Position numbers and translations under genes: made by a program
Assembly (NCBI GenBank): GCA_032718475.1
Contig: JAUCBJ010007477.1
Span: forward strand, 1-64,000
Length of the DNA: 64,000 nucleotides
Reading direction: 5' to 3'
Source: Nemertoderma westbladi
Taxonomy: Eukaryota > Animalia > Xenacoelomorpha
The notes under the pieces: generated by a model
Databases searched by the model: none
What the model was told of the DNA's origin: nothing
The model's input: the letters and a program-made list of their open reading frames with translations, nothing else
Part shown: positions 32,665-45,123 of the stretch, in pieces
How the letters are laid out: every line of letters begins with the position of its first letter
Numbering within the stretch: the first letter of the stretch is position 1

Positions 32665-33641
32665 ATGTCAATTATTAAGGAATTAGATTTATTTTCTACA
32701 CAGCCAATACAGACTGAATTTAAAGCAAAGCATTATGAAACAATTTACCCCGTATCTAATCTCCGAAGTGAATCTAGGGAGGTAACATTCCTTGTACCAA
32801 GATCCAATGAATTCTATACGAAACTGCAAGATGCATTATTAATTACAAAATGTACTGTACGATGGGATAGACGACTTAAAAACTCCCATATATATATGCT
32901 GAATTACCCCGCTGAAACTATGTGGAGTGATATTAAAATAGACCTTAATGAGAAGCAGGTTGAAAATAGCAATAACCATTATTTCTACAAGTCGTACTTA
33001 TCCAATTTATTATTTACAAATTACGAGGATAAAAATGGGTTACTGGGGGCTGGCGGCTTTCGTCAGCCTTTAACCGAACACGGAAATGAAATTAATGCCG
33101 GCGCGCATCCTATTGGCGATGCCTTTAGTAAACAAATGCAATTTGTAAGTGGATTGACGATTGATTTTGATACTGAAAGCAAAATAATACAACCCGGGTA
33201 TGATTTAAGAATGCATTTTAGAAAAGTATCAAATTCGTTTATTTTTAAAATCACTCCAAACGCAAACACAGTGACAAATCTTCGGTTAGAATTAGATGAA
33301 GTAAAGATCCTAATCCCTAGAATGGAGGTTAATCCAGTAATAGAAAGCAGTCACCTAAAAGGTTTAGAGAGTTACGATATTGAATATCAATTCCAAAGAA
33401 AGGAGGTGACAACATTTACTATTCCAGCTCAAACCACAAATTACACTCTAACAAACATATTTGATGGTAAAAAACCCAAATTAGTTATTATCGGCTTCAT
33501 AACAAATAACGCTTATTCGGGAGAATTAATTAGTAACCCCTTGAAATTTGAACATTTTAATCTTAGACGCACGGAACTGATTGTAGAAAGAAATACATAA
33601 AGAAATACAGAAAGATACGGAAAGAAATACATATCGATTAA
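32665..33641 (+). pseudogene. Major capsid protein with 3' internal deletion
   Basis: About 320 bp (equivalent to 6050-6368) missing at ~33582. Confidence 0.88.
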
Positions 33642-33643
33642 GT

Positions 33644-34096
33644 ATGTTATCTACAGAGGACCTTGATATGTTTCCAGTGGGTGGTCACTATTTGGGAGCG
33701 TTTCCAGCTAACAAATTACCTAAAATAGATAATAATAAGCGGAAAGATTATGGGTTGATAGTAAATACCGATAAAGAGCATCTTCCTGGGATTCATTGGA
33801 TCGCAATATATATACGAGATAATGATGCCGAAGTATTTGACTCGTTTAGACCAAAATATCCAAACAGATGTATCGAAAAATGGCTTGAGAAAAATTCCGC
33901 GAGGTGGTGTACTACACGCAAACAATTTCAAGACCCTAGGCGGACCACATGCGGTCTGTACTGTCTTTATTATTTGGTAAATCATATTCACACAATCTAT
34001 CCAATGAGGGCGTTTACAAATAATGTGGAAATAAATGAAATAATATTATATAAATGGCTTGTTAATTATTATAAATTAAACCAACAAACTTTGTAA
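33644..34096 (+). CDS. Adenain-like cysteine protease
   Basis: HW, FDSF, Q...CGLYC motifs. Confidence 0.9.
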   Translation: MLSTEDLDMFPVGGHYLGAFPANKLPKIDNNKRKDYGLIVNTDKEHLPGIHWIAIYIRDNDAEVFDSFRPKYPNRCIEKWLEKNSARWCTTRKQFQDPRRTTCGLYCLYYLVNHIHTIYPMRAFTNNVEINEIILYKWLVNYYKLNQQTL

Positions 34097-34127
34097 TTAA
34101 TCATTTAACTTTTGTTTATCAGATAAA

Positions 34128-34703
34128 ATGGATAATATTATTTTTATGGATTTTCAATACTATACGATAGACAATAAGGAGTATCCGGTAGTATTTAAAG
34201 AATTTGCTATATTCGATTCTAATTACACCAAAACTAATATAAAGACGTTTTTAATTAAAGGCCCACCTAATATTAAATTATCAGCATTAGATGCAGCCCA
34301 CGTAAACAAATTGCCCTGGAACTACGGGGACATTTCGCAAGATGACTTTAAAAAATATATGAAGAGACATTTAAAATATAAAAAAAATATATATGTATTT
34401 GGGTTGATGAAGCAGGCAATATTAAACGCCCAACTCGATGTTCTCGCGCCAAATTCGGTGGAGAAATTGGGAATATATAAGCAATATCATGATTATTTAA
34501 CCCCTTGTCGCTTCCACGATCAATTTACTACAGTAGAAAATAAATGTGAGTTCCACTTAAACATAAGGGATAACTGTCTGCGATACTGTTCTGCAAAATG
34601 CGTTGGGGGGTATGTGATGCTACACTTTTTCATGAGAAAGCGTTTAACTGCGACTGATGATGATAAACAGAAAGAAATAACCGCGGTGGAAGATGTACTG
34701 TAG
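34128..34703 (+). CDS. DEDD/DnaQ-like fold protein with Cys/His-rich C-terminus
   Basis: IFMDFQYY...FKEFAI...LPWNYG...IYVFG.MK pattern of a Maverick-associated family; CRFH/CEFH/CLRYC. Confidence 0.55.
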   Translation: MDNIIFMDFQYYTIDNKEYPVVFKEFAIFDSNYTKTNIKTFLIKGPPNIKLSALDAAHVNKLPWNYGDISQDDFKKYMKRHLKYKKNIYVFGLMKQAILNAQLDVLAPNSVEKLGIYKQYHDYLTPCRFHDQFTTVENKCEFHLNIRDNCLRYCSAKCVGGYVMLHFFMRKRLTATDDDKQKEITAVEDVL

Positions 34704-35624
34704 GTTTACTCTAAGCATGTAATGTGATGGGATAATATAATTGTTTTAATGTCAATAAAAATAATAAAAACATTAAAATCTATTTTTTAATATCTCAGTT
34801 TGACTGAAGGTGTAGGGCTTAAGTTTACACACACACACGCAAACACACCGCACTTGTATCGCTGTTGTATCAGAGTTTAACTACCAGTAGCTAGCTGATT
34901 TTACTACATATACCAACAACGCTAAACTGTAGAACGGCAGAATGGCCCCGATAGCAACCACAGCGCTTTAGCGTTACTGGTACCGTATTTACTAATAATA
35001 AAATTAAATTAAGTCGACGTGGGGGTTCGTGAATGCAGCATTAGAGGAGACCCTCCTAACAATAGGCCTACTGGTACCGGCACTGTAGCACTCTTGTACC
35101 TGTATACTTGAATAGAGCAAGGGCATGCTGGTGCTGGTTTCTTTGATTTAAGGATTAGGCTATTACACTTGAATGCTTCCAATTTTCTGTTTACAACTTT
35201 AATTGGTCTAATCTACATTACTGCGGGCTACTACTGTTGCATAGGTAAGCCTATACAGCTATAGTTAACTTTATGCGGGGCCCTTTTTCGCATGTTGACC
35301 CAATATGCTTTACGGTTAACCTTTAGAACTCACGGACAGGCACACCTACATTCGGTTAGGCATATAGGCCTAATGACTCCTCAACTGAAAGCCGACCAGC
35401 TCATTGATACAATAGGTGTGGCTAGCAATATATAAAATTCACAGCTCACAAGTTCATTCATTCACTCCATGTTGTAGGCCTATATAAAACATAGTTAGTT
35501 TATTTATATATTCGCTTTTTTTTAATTAGATATAAAATATACAATACAAAAAACCTACTGCTACCGGTAACACATTAACACTGAAATAAACAACAGACTG
35601 ACTAATTATATACGAGTCTACTTG

Positions 35625-35972
35625 CTACTGCTGTGTTCTTGGATCTGTCGGAAGTAGTAGAGTCGGAACAGGAGCTACTGATATTTCTTCTTCTTCTTCC
35701 CAGTGCTCACCCCTACTATAGTTATCCAGACTTATCTGGTGAGCTTCTCCAGCCTGCACCCGAACGTTTAAACTGAAGTTTTTATTTGTAGACAATGTAG
35801 TTTGTCGACCTTCGCCGCTCGTTTTATTTCTAACCATTATAGTAATCACTCCATTGTCATTTTTCAAATGTAATTCCATTACATTTAACGATGTAAAAAA
35901 GAGCTCTTCCCCCTCGAGATCAAATTTTAGTAAACAGTCGCTATCTCTATTTCCAATAAATGCGAACGACAT
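35625..35972 (-). CDS. Hypothetical protein with PxDPR motif (orthologue of 8429-8785)
   Basis: 115 aa, conserved frame. Confidence 0.8.
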   Translation of the reverse strand: MSFAFIGNRDSDCLLKFDLEGEELFFTSLNVMELHLKNDNGVITIMVRNKTSGEGRQTTLSTNKNFSLNVRVQAGEAHQISLDNYSRGEHWEEEEEISVAPVPTLLLPTDPRTQQ

Positions 35973-36678
35973 GTTGGTTGATTGATTGAATGATGGATCA
36001 CCGCGACTGAAGTTTGGAGGTTAGTTTTTTTTTTGCAAGTACAAATACAAGTAGGTCTATACCGGTATTTTTTTTTCTTATTTACGGTAACAAAATTATA
36101 CTTAAGATAGAAAAATTGAGTTTATATATATTTTTGTAGTGGGTCGCAGATGTGTACATTACAAAATTCACATAGTTAACAAAATGTAGAACATAAACCT
36201 TTCCCATTCGGATTAGCGATATATGCTCTGTTCATTGTTCTATTCTGAATGTAGGGAGATGCATAGCGGATGTTTTAATAATAATAATATGTGCCGGTAT
36301 ACAGACTAGTAACAGATAGGAGGACATCGTCTTTGACTATGAATACCAGCACATACCCCTAATCTTTTTCTCACTGAGCTTAGCGTTTCCTGCTGTACAC
36401 ACGCACACTCATAAGTAACAGATGCGTTATTGTAGCTCACTCGTGAGCAACAATGCTTAGCTAGCTAGCCACGGCTGCTGAGTATACTATGCCTACTTGA
36501 GTGTTACAAGCAAACGCTCTACTGAAGTTAGTTAGTTAATTTCCCATCAAACTAGTTGTTGATTAAAAAAAAAATATTCATAAATTTCTTCTCCCTCCAA
36601 TTTAATATATATATATATTTTACAGTAAAAATCTCCACCACCAAACAGCAACAACAACAACAATAAATTTCACTCACA

Positions 36679-37260
36679 TTAATTATATTTTACATCAAAA
36701 ACCTCCACACCAAACAATAATAAATTATTAACCACTTTGTTGAATATAGGATAATATATATGAAATTTAAACGGGGAACACATTAATGTACATTTACCGG
36801 TATAGAAGCAGCAAACAACAACATTATTATTTATTCTGACTTTACAGTTATTGAATATTTCAGGCTCATATGAAATTTCTAGTTTAACATTATCAAATAT
36901 AACATAAAACCCGATATTGTTTATAAGTAACCTATAAATTACAGTATCGATACTAAAAATATAAGTACACAAATTGATTGATTTAAAAATCAAATTAATG
37001 TTTGTTTTTTCGAATATATGTTTTTTCACTTTATTAAAATTATATTTTCTACCAAGAATTGTTATTCGTCCATTTGTAAACATTAATATGGTTGCACCAA
37101 ATACCTTATATATAAACTGATTAGGTTTGAGTACAATTTTACCATTCAATTGATTTTTTAATTCTTTTAAATTAAGTCCATAAATAATCTGCTTACAACT
37201 TATATTTTTATTTACTATTTGATAATTCATCATCAACACCGTCGTCTTTTGGTTCTTCAT
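36679..37260 (-). CDS. TATA-binding-protein-like protein (likely start MMNYQ at ~37233)
   Basis: Two TBP-like half repeats: YQIVN...LNLKEL...ATILMFTNGRITILG and SYEPEIF...VVCCFYTGKCTLM. Confidence 0.78.
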   Translation of the reverse strand: MKNQKTTVLMMNYQIVNKNISCKQIIYGLNLKELKNQLNGKIVLKPNQFIYKVFGATILMFTNGRITILGRKYNFNKVKKHIFEKTNINLIFKSINLCTYIFSIDTVIYRLLINNIGFYVIFDNVKLEISYEPEIFNNCKVRINNNVVVCCFYTGKCTLMCSPFKFHIYYPIFNKVVNNLLLFGVEVFDVKYN

Positions 37261-40200
37261 AAATTGGTATATTTGATATTTTTATAGGTTTTTTGAGGTT
37301 TGTTTTATAATGCCCCCAAGGAAGCGATTGATTTTTATTAATCCAATAAAGTTTATCGTCAAAGCTACTGAGTGCAAATTTATTTTGCTTTAAGGTATAA
37401 ATACTATGTAATTTAGATTGAAATCTGTGTATGTTTTTTTTTATTTCTTCATTTGAGTTATATGCTTTTAAATATTCTTCATGTGTAATATTCGTTTCCA
37501 CAACAGCTCTTGTAATACCTTTTGCTCTATGAATATTTTTATTATTCCATTCCAAAATTGAATATAATTTTGGTCTTAAAAATACTGCTTGTTTAATTTC
37601 ACGTGAGGCTAGTTCGTCTTTACAGTAATAGAGTCTAGATTTATTTTTATCGCTGTAGAGAGGGTGATCCTTAGGGTAATTGGATGTATCTAAAATATTA
37701 TTTTTAATTAATGCTTTTAAAATTATTCTGCGATGTATTATAGTAACAACCTATTAATGAGTCAGTTTCTGACGCAGCAATTTCAATACGGCAGTTTAAT
37801 TCTTTCTCAATAGGTAGCAATTTATCATAGTACAGCTGATACATATCCAATTTAGCCAAGTCCAACACAGTGCTACCAATAAATATAGGCTTATCGAGAG
37901 TTACAGAGTCTTTCACTAATAAATGTCCCGATAGTGTATTATTGTATATTATAAATTGTTCATGATTAATACGATTTACCAATTGATCGCATTTATCGTT
38001 GCTATTTGCGATACGAAAGTTACATCGATTTCTTATCTTTTCTATTGATTTGCCAAACAGCGAATTATTGAGCAATTTCGCGACAGCTGTTTCAATGTAA
38101 CTTTTTGCTAGGCGCCCTTGATTAATATTAAAATCGATGTAATTTTTAAATACAAATTCTTGTTGAAAAGAATTTAATTTATGTAGTTTAGTAACAATTA
38201 ATCCATGTTTTATATAAAATTTTAACAGTTTCAAATGTAAATGATAAAACTCTTTATCAAATTGTGTCAGCATGAGTTTTGGTATAGACATTCTATATTT
38301 ACGGGAGGTACCTCTTTGTATTGACAAATTATTAAATTGTTCCCGCATATAAGGCGAAAGCATTGATTCATTTATACTTAAATGCTCAGGGGCTAACGGT
38401 AATTGTAATGTTTGATCGTGAATAGCCTTGGGATAATTTAAATCACATATTAAAAAATATCTAGTAGATCCATCAATGTCTAAATCTACCAAGTACTCGA
38501 TTAGTTTTTATGGAATTGCATTCTCTAAATGTTTAATACTTACTTCTTTGAATTGTGAGGTGGGTAGTTTTTTACTTAAATTCCCAGAATATAAAGAGTT
38601 GAAATCAATATTAAAAATATGGCATTCTTCCTTAGTAGAATCATATGTACTTGTACCTGGTATATTTGATTCTATATAATGCTTTCGACAAATAAAACAC
38701 CACCCCTAATTGATTTTTCAAAATCTCTATATGTCTGATAATCCTTTATTAATTCTATTTTACATTTATTATATTTTAGCGCACAATCATAGGTAAATGA
38801 GGCAATACTACAGTAAAAAACCGCTTCTAAATCGTAATTTTGTTTACAAACATTCCTAAAATTCTCAAATATATCAGCAAGCAAACAAACATCGAGTTTT
38901 AAATAGGCTAAAAGATAATCTTTGAGATTCACGCAGTCGAATTCAACCCATGATATTCCCGCAAACCTATAATCTTCAATTGTGCATGTTTTTTGACTTA
39001 AGTTACTAAAAAAATTATTTATAGATGGCAAACTAGTATCATTAAATTTATTAATATCTGTCAAGTACTTGTATGGAAATACTCCTTTCCGTTTAATTGT
39101 TGAGTTATTCAAGTTTGGATAAAAATATCACTTTCTTGTAGAGTAATAGGTAAAATTGAGCTTATATCATGACTGGCTACATCCTTTGTTGAACACTCAA
39201 CTAAATTACTTAGGGAAAAGCTTAAAAATTGATATGTGTCCAAGAAACGTAACTCAATTTTTTTAGAAGTGTTTTTAATTGGGATAAATGCACTCAGTGA
39301 AATATATCATTCTGTATTTCTCGGTATAACCTTTATATCCCAATCTGTGTATTTCTTATCTCTAAATCCGCTTTGTAATATACAATGTATATCGTAATTG
39401 TTGGAATTGTGTCCGCAAAGTACATACAGGTATCGTTTCAATGATAAACTTCGGTTACAACTATTACAGGCTGCTGCAATATATTTACCAGTAATATGTG
39501 AATGGTGTCTGTTTTTCTCAACATTATTATTTAAAGTAACATTACAATAGAAACAGAATTTTGCTTGTTCAAAATTTACAAAATCAATATTAGTAAATGA
39601 CATGGTTTTATGAGTGTATATTTCTGACCAACAACATAATACAGTTAAATCAGTATAATGAATCTAAGAAATCTTGAATACAATTATTATTATTATTTGA
39701 CTTTACGAATGTTTTCAAATGACATTTTGGAGCATCAATTAATTCAGTATTGGGAACAATTAAATAACTCACAGCACACGGTATATGCTCCTGTATAATT
39801 TGATTATTAACTGACGGTTGTAAGATACATTCTATATCAAAGTAGGTGACAAACAATGGGTATAAGGTTCTATCTAAATTTGTAAAACTAATGTGTGTTC
39901 TTTTTTTATTAGGTAGTGTCTCTCGCTGACTTCTTCTTTGGTAGCAAGCGAGACGGTGTCGATGAAGAACTTCCGCATGAAAAAAATGAGCCAAACACCT
40001 TTCACAATATTTCCTACCGCTGGTATGAAGAGCTCTCGTATTCAGCAATCGATTCAAGTTAGTTATGCAAACATAATGATTCAGTTTAGGTACATTGTTA
40101 TTTTTTACTACAAGTAATATATTTAATAACTGTTTATCGGGTGTAATTTTACTAAACGGAGGTTGTCTTAATATAGATACCGGGGTGCATTTGTTGTCGT

Positions 40201-41328
40201 TATTCCAACATAGTAAATTAATTATATATTTTGAATTTTGTTTTTCAAAAAGTTTAATCGCTAACTGCCACTCTGTTGGATAATCATTTTTCCCATTGTC
40301 AAAAATGAAATGAGTCATATAATTTTTGTACGATGAAGTATGGTTTTTATTATTTTTCACTTTACTACCAAATTTTGCGGTTAAAATAGCCCATTTGAAA
40401 CAATCATTATCAGCCTTTTGTATATTTATTGTACATTTTTTAGCTGATAAAGCCTTAGGTAATTCCATATATCCATGCCCCTTATATAGTAACGACCTAC
40501 ACTTAGATTCAGCTAATTTAATTTCAACCCTTAATAAAGATTTAATACGCCACCCCGAACCACATGTGTTAAAGATGGCTATTTTTTGTAATATATTTTC
40601 CAGCACATACTCAACCATGTCTCAAAACTTTGCGGCGAGTCTACAGTATTAATAGCACCACCGGAAGAATTAAAATAAAAGGTTTCCAATTGCTCGCCCT
40701 CTGAAAAATGTGATCTGTACATTAATACATTTAGACCTAACCACAGTCTAAGAACATTCATTTCTTTCAATCTATCTAATATTAACTGAAGAATATTTCC
40801 TCGAATTTGCATTAATGCTGTTTCTACATCGGGATAATCTCTAGAAGTTGGGAGGTCGTGGACATAAATTTCAAGACGATTATCGTGAGCTTCTTGTTCC
40901 TTCGTAAAAATTGTTGCGCATGTACCAAGAGCCACCCTTAAGTTTTTTCTGGGTATTATATTTTTCTTCGTAAAAATTGTTGCGCATGTACCAAGAGCCA
41001 CCCTTAAGTTTTTTCTGGATATTATATTTTTATGTTGCGAAAATTTACGCTTTCTTGTGTAGTAACATTTCAAGTGACAGTCGTGTCGTATATAATTCTC
41101 ATATGTATGCTCTTTATTACAGGTAGAACAAGTCAATTGATAGGTACGGAACTCCATTTCTTTACAACCAGTAGTTGATTCATGTCGTTTACAAATTTCG
41201 CTGCATGAAGTCACGACATGACACTTTAAACAAGAATAACTTTCAAAATGTGACCGTAGGTGGCGTAAATAATTATGTCTAGTTACATTCATATGACAGA
41301 ATGAACAACATATTGTTATTTTATCCAT
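37208..41328 (-). pseudogene. Protein-primed DNA polymerase B (copy A2), multiple frameshifts
   Basis: Six ORF fragments colinear with copy A1; KLLNNSLFGK motif B; 66-bp in-frame duplication at 40900-41031. Confidence 0.93.
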
Positions 41329-41427
41329 GTTGAAGTTTGTTTAGATAAATAATAATAATAATAATAAAATATGTCCAAAGATTAAAATAAAATGAAATGA
41401 TATGATATTGACTACATCTAAACATAT

Positions 41428-42025
41428 TATCGACTTGGTTGTCCCACTCTCGCAACAAAACAGTTAGTTCCTGTTTTGACAAATTGAAACCCGTATAATA
41501 GTTAAAACCAACACTATCAACGTATCTGAGGCTGATTTTCCATAAGCCAACATAGTTGGTTCCTTTAAAAGCTGTTACAAATCCAATAAACTCTGGATTT
41601 GATAATTCAATGTAGAATTGATCGCTAATAATCTCTAGCGGTGGAGAGAGAAATTGCAATAATTTCCCTCTGTATTGAATTAGAACTTCAGTAAAAGCTT
41701 TGTTGAGAACTTTACATTTGCCTTGTTTCTGAACGTAAACATCACCCGATGTAGGGTTGATGGAAATATTCAAATTTCCCCGCGCAAATCGAAGAGTGGG
41801 ATATATCCTACCTGGTATAATTGCTGGTCTGGATTGATGTTGGTTGTTGTTGGTTGTTTCTAGAATGTCTAACAAATAGCGGGTATCTTGATGGGAAAAA
41901 CAAATTGATTCGTTGTCCTCCTGAGATTCCACAATAAAATACTTGCTGTGAACGACGGTACAAGTATATTTATTGTAAGTAAATTTCCAGCTATTTGCTG
42001 CTCCGGTTTTTTGTGTTAAGGCCAT
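41428..42025 (-). pseudogene. PC4-like protein, 3' part deleted
   Basis: Matches 21820-22411; downstream ~560 bp of A1 missing. Confidence 0.75.
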
Positions 42026-42086
42026 AATAATAATAATATTAAATACGAAAAATATTACAAGTGATAAATTTTAAACCGTATCGCTG

Positions 42087-42305
42087 TAATAAATTGACAC
42101 CATAGTTCTCACTCTAAAATTGTGTTAAACTCACCTGAAGTCGCATTTTCAAGAATATAATTGTCACATGAAATCTTCATGTGAAGAAAATTGTAAACAA
42201 TAATAATATTCTTGAAAATGTGACTTCAGGTGAGTTAAATAATTACGTTTAGAAACCCAATTTCAGAGTGAGAGCAAAAAGTTAGATATGGTATCAATAT
42301 ATTAC
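42087..42305 (-). ncRNA. Copy A2 version of the hairpin cassette, different inner stem (42128-42237)
   Basis: Same outer stem as 22469-22830; inner arms aactcacctgaagtcgcattttcaagaatat / atattcttgaaaatgtgacttcaggtgagtt. Confidence 0.45.
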
Positions 42306-42619
42306 CATGAAGATTACAAGTGATGAATTTTATTTAAAACATTCGGTTATATATAAATTTGCGATGTGGCATAGTCAACGAAGAAGAGATGAGACGTGTC
42401 ATAATCATCGACGAATAAGAAAAGAGATGGGGATGCAATGTGGATGAATGGCTGGTTGGTTGGTTGCGTGGATAGGAAATACGTGAAAGAATATGAATCA
42501 TAGGGTTGTGTGTAATAATCAATAATTATTATAATAAAAAACGCACAGTATAATGTTAGTGGTGGTGTGGTGGTAGCCTTTCAATATGGCACAGATTCTG
42601 TGGGATTGGTTAGGTTGAG

Positions 42620-43068
42620 TAACTATGGAAATGTTCGTATACGTGTAGCTGGAACGTGGTGGAATTTCACGTATCATAGTGCTGGACTGGTAGGCTGCTT
42701 GGTTGGTTGGATTGGCGACGGCTGTCGAAGAGTAGCACTAGCTAGCGGTGGTGAGTTGGCAATCGATATAATATTGGGTGGGGTATATGTGTGGTGGTGC
42801 GTGTAGATAGCCACGTCGTCGTTAGTTAGTGGGTAACAGCATTCAGTCGGTTGGTCGATCGGTGGATTGAGGTTAGGCTACGCGTAGGTGAATAAGCAAC
42901 GATTGGTTGAAGGCAAGGCAACGACGCGAATCAATAATGTTGGTGACAGATGGTCATTAAACACTGGAATTTGGCACTGGAATTTGGCATTTTTTAATTG
43001 CCTCCGAGATGCAGCCCATAGCCCAAGCTAGGGAGGACTATGGTGAGGACAATGCTTCTCCTACTACT
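42620..43068. repeat. Right TIR of copy A2
   Basis: Inverted copy of 25075 onward. Confidence 0.88.
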
Positions 43069-43972
43069 GGTAGGTACAGTAGATAAAATATCCATTACAA
43101 TAGGAACCAATATATACAGTACATTTGTATTATTTTTGTCATACAATAGAACGATATAATGAAATAAAAAGATGCGAGCGGGGCCCAAAACATAAATTAC
43201 CCTTTCAGGAAAATACGTGGGCCACGACTCAGTCCCCCAATAATCTGAGGCTGTTGGGCTCTTATTAGACGTAGCAAGATTAATTAATCCCTTTGAATCC
43301 TATACTGTATATCAACGCGTAGGTGGGGGTTGAACGAATTGTAAATCATTTAAACCTCCAGCTTTGCTATCATGTAAGATTGGAAACCATAGGTTTACGA
43401 CTTACGCGTCAGCATTGCAACCATTAATTACACACCATACGACCATTGTCAAATCGCCTGAGAAAATTACAATAAACATCTGGTTTGCAATAGATTCACT
43501 TCTTTTACATTGTGCTGTATGAAGCAGCCTGTGCGCCTGACCGCACATAATTAAATAAGGCCCTCTTTTAATACATAAGTTATACAGTTTATCTTCAATT
43601 TATTGAATTTGTTTTTATTTACAACCTTAATTGTTCTACTGTATTATAATTTATGTTTTATTATAACAAGCTATATCCTGTTAATCTTTATTAATTTTAT
43701 TTGTACTGAGGTTTTTGAGGGCGCTGTTTCCAATGGTCCTATTCTCAAAACGATCTAACCTACTGTATAATTAATTACTTAAGTCTGCGAGGTATGCGTA
43801 AGTAACAAATCCCGTTTACCAGTTTTCCTTAAAAACTATAAAGCTATATTGCTTAAGAGTTCTGAGGGGCGAGCCATGAGGCAAGATGTTTGAGACTTTT
43901 TTGATATATTATTACCTAATTTTGACCCCCCAGTCGTTATCTATTACAATATAGGCTATATCTTTTTGCGTA

Positions 43973-44327
43973 CAGCCTCAGCAACAGCCTCAGCCACAGC
44001 ATCAGCCACAGCCACAGCCTCAGCCTCAGCCACAGCCTTAGCCTCAGCCACAGCTACAGCCTCAGCCACAGCCCAACAGCCACAGCCTCAGCCACAGCCA
44101 CAGCCATAGCCTCAGCCACAGCCTCAGCCTCAGCCACAGCCACAGCCACAGCCACAGCCACAGCCACAGCCACAGCCTCACCCACAGCCACAGAGGCTGA
44201 GGCTGTGGCTGTGGCTGTGGCTGAGGCTGAGGCTGAGGCTGTGGCTGTGGCTGAGGCTGTGGCTGAGGCTGTTGCTGAGGCTGTAGCTAAGGCTGTGGAT
44301 GAGGCTGTGGCTGAGGCTTTGGCTGTG
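43973..44327. repeat. Fold-back hexamer microsatellite (CAGCCW)n followed by (WGGCTG)n
   Basis: Orientation flips at ~44192. Confidence 0.9.
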
Positions 44328-45123
44328 TCAGAAAAATTACCAATGAATTTGTATGTCGAGCTACTTTAGTAAATAGAATGAACCATTCAATGAATGAACC
44401 AAAATGACTTTTTTTATTTAGTATTCAGTACTGCAGTATGTGAGAGATATGTGATCTCAGATAACAGTAGGTTATTAATTCACTATTTATTAAAACTGTA
44501 GTAAACTAGTCCTAACTTAATATTCTTTTTATTAATTGAATAAAAAAATATAATTTATTATAATTTCAACAAAAAATGCTTAAATGAATTGAATATTCAT
44601 TATATATTAAATGGATAAATTAATAAACAAGGAAAACAGTTTGCATGCTTTTTCTACTAATAAATATGTAGCTCTAACTATATTAGTAGTAGTAGTAGTA
44701 GTAGACGGTATGCGGCCCGTCCGGCCTATAATATCATAATAATGGCGCACAATTCCAAATCAATTTCTGAATAATATGTATATATAGCACAATAATTAAT
44801 ACGTGAAATAATATCAATAACTAGAGTAATTAGCACTAGATTAATTCAATAATAAAGACATAGGACTTCAGAGACATAACTGCACAGATCAACTAGTAAA
44901 TCAGTAGAACATAATGAAGATAAATCGGTGAAATCTAACAGTACAAACTTAATTCTAATGTATTCAGATATCGGGCATTTTAATAGTACGTGATGTTCAT
45001 TTTGTACAGAGGTATTATCACAATAGCAAACACGTAACTCAGGAGCAACACGAGTCCATCGACCAGTTTCCACTCGGAGTCTATGTGACATGAGACGGAG
45101 TCTGGTGAAGTGGACACGTTTAA

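Larger units (their letters stand above)
25075..43068. mobile_element. Polinton family A copy A2, full-length (~18.0 kb) with TIRs and 6-bp TSD GGTAGG
   Basis: AGTAGT at 25075, ACTACT at 43068, GGTAGG at 25069-25074 and 43069-43074; full core gene set. Confidence 0.97.

Noticed and set aside
43200-43450. Possible THAP-domain start (MVVWCVINGCNAD) on the minus strand
   Set aside because: Stop follows immediately and the remaining THAP motifs could not be found
44684-44704. AGTAGT run as another Polinton terminus
   Set aside because: No TIR sequence follows; it sits where the 3' tail of the minus-strand LINE is expected
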